From the NCBI GenBank assembly GCA_046757245.1, contig JBHHXX010000001.1, positions 9,369 to 73,368 on the forward strand: a stretch of 64,000 nucleotides of DNA. Direction: 5' to 3'. Within the stretch, counting starts at the first letter, position 1. Every line of letters starts with the position of its first letter. This stretch comes from Candidatus Geothermarchaeales archaeon. GTDB lineage: Archaea > Thermoproteota > Nitrososphaeria > Geothermarchaeales > JAUWBL01. A program made the translations under genes and the position numbers. The notes beneath the pieces are model-generated. The model was not told the DNA's origin. It saw nothing but the letters and a program-made list of their open reading frames with translations, and searched no databases. This document shows positions 63,739-64,000 of this stretch, one piece after another.

Positions 63739-64000
63739 GGATGGTTTTCGTGAAGTTAACGAAGATTCAGAGCATAAGCGACCCAGAGACGGGGGAGGAG
63801 GGGAGGCAGATAGAGTTCGTTGAGGTGAGGAAGACCCCAACAAAGGTCTTGACCCAAACCGACGAGTCCAGGATCATCCAGGAGATGATGAACCAGCTGA
63901 GGATGATGGGGTTCCCCACGATATTTAAGCCGGAGATTAGGGTGCCCAAGATGATACTCTTCCTGTCGGACGAGGAGTGTGAGAAGCTTCAGATCAACTT
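63735..64000 (+). CDS. Hypothetical protein, N-terminal fragment (runs off the window); not in the ORF track
   Basis: Read from the DNA: MRMVFVKLTKIQSISDPETGEEGRQIEFVEVRKTPTKVLTQTDESRIIQEMMNQLRMMGFPTIFKPEIRVPKMILFLSDEECEKLQIN, open to the window edge. Translationally coupled to 63244..63738. Confidence 0.45.
   Translation, partial: MRMVFVKLTKIQSISDPETGEEGRQIEFVEVRKTPTKVLTQTDESRIIQEMMNQLRMMGFPTIFKPEIRVPKMILFLSDEECEKLQIN

Noticed and set aside
1-64000. Search for rRNA, tRNA, CRISPR arrays and IS elements/transposases
   Set aside because: I found no T-loop-type GGTTCRAATCC motifs with matching acceptor stems in the ORF-free gaps. There are no regularly spaced direct repeats of 24-40 nt, and no transposase- or integrase-like translation in the ORF track. 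This is a by-eye negative. tRNAscan-SE, Infernal/Rfam and a CRISPR finder should be run to confirm it.

Overview
This window is an archaeal chromosomal segment. The diagnostic genes are thermosome, SecE-Spt5-L11-L1-P0, aIF5A, aIF2-beta, Nob1, Csl4-RpoL-TFS, PCNA-PriL-PriS-GINS, eL42, RpoN-S9-L13 and the mevalonate-pathway genes. Coding density is high, with about 80 protein genes, frequent 4-nt ATGA start/stop overlaps and GGAGGTGA-type Shine-Dalgarno sequences. I could not recognise any rRNA, tRNA or CRISPR array by eye. Lineage cannot be assigned from sequence alone; the proteins look like those of a thermophilic peptide or amino-acid fermenter (tungsten AOR, split methylmalonyl-CoA mutase, Liv-type ABC importer). 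Conserved housekeeping blocks are interrupted by accessory patches. (1) At 12.8-19.3 kb lies an envelope/redox cluster: a MacB-type ABC transporter, a CcoG/NapH-like membrane polyferredoxin, small membrane proteins, a double-wHTH regulator and anchored surface proteins. Its intergenic regions share a recurrent 19-nt motif, RGTACAATYATCGAAAAA (five copies there, a sixth at 4.9 kb). This is my best candidate for an undescribed regulon or system. (2) At 48.7-50.6 kb a HEPN/nucleotidyltransferase cassette is bracketed by 75-nt att-like direct repeats that duplicate the 3' end of idsA. (3) At 52.7-54.9 kb a visibly AT-rich island sits between fni and mvk. It carries a PD-(D/E)XK nuclease-fold protein with a large insertion, two unknown ORFs and a RelBE pair. 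There are four toxin-antitoxin pairs in total. Other oddities are: the conserved N-terminus of Spt5 has no canonical start codon in frame; P0 is short and tail-less with no P1 gene behind it; a decayed rpoL copy lies upstream of csl4; and there are two LivM C-terminal relics plus an orphan LivM paralog. All calls come from reading the supplied ORF translations and the DNA by eye. No database search, GC calculation or structure prediction was run.
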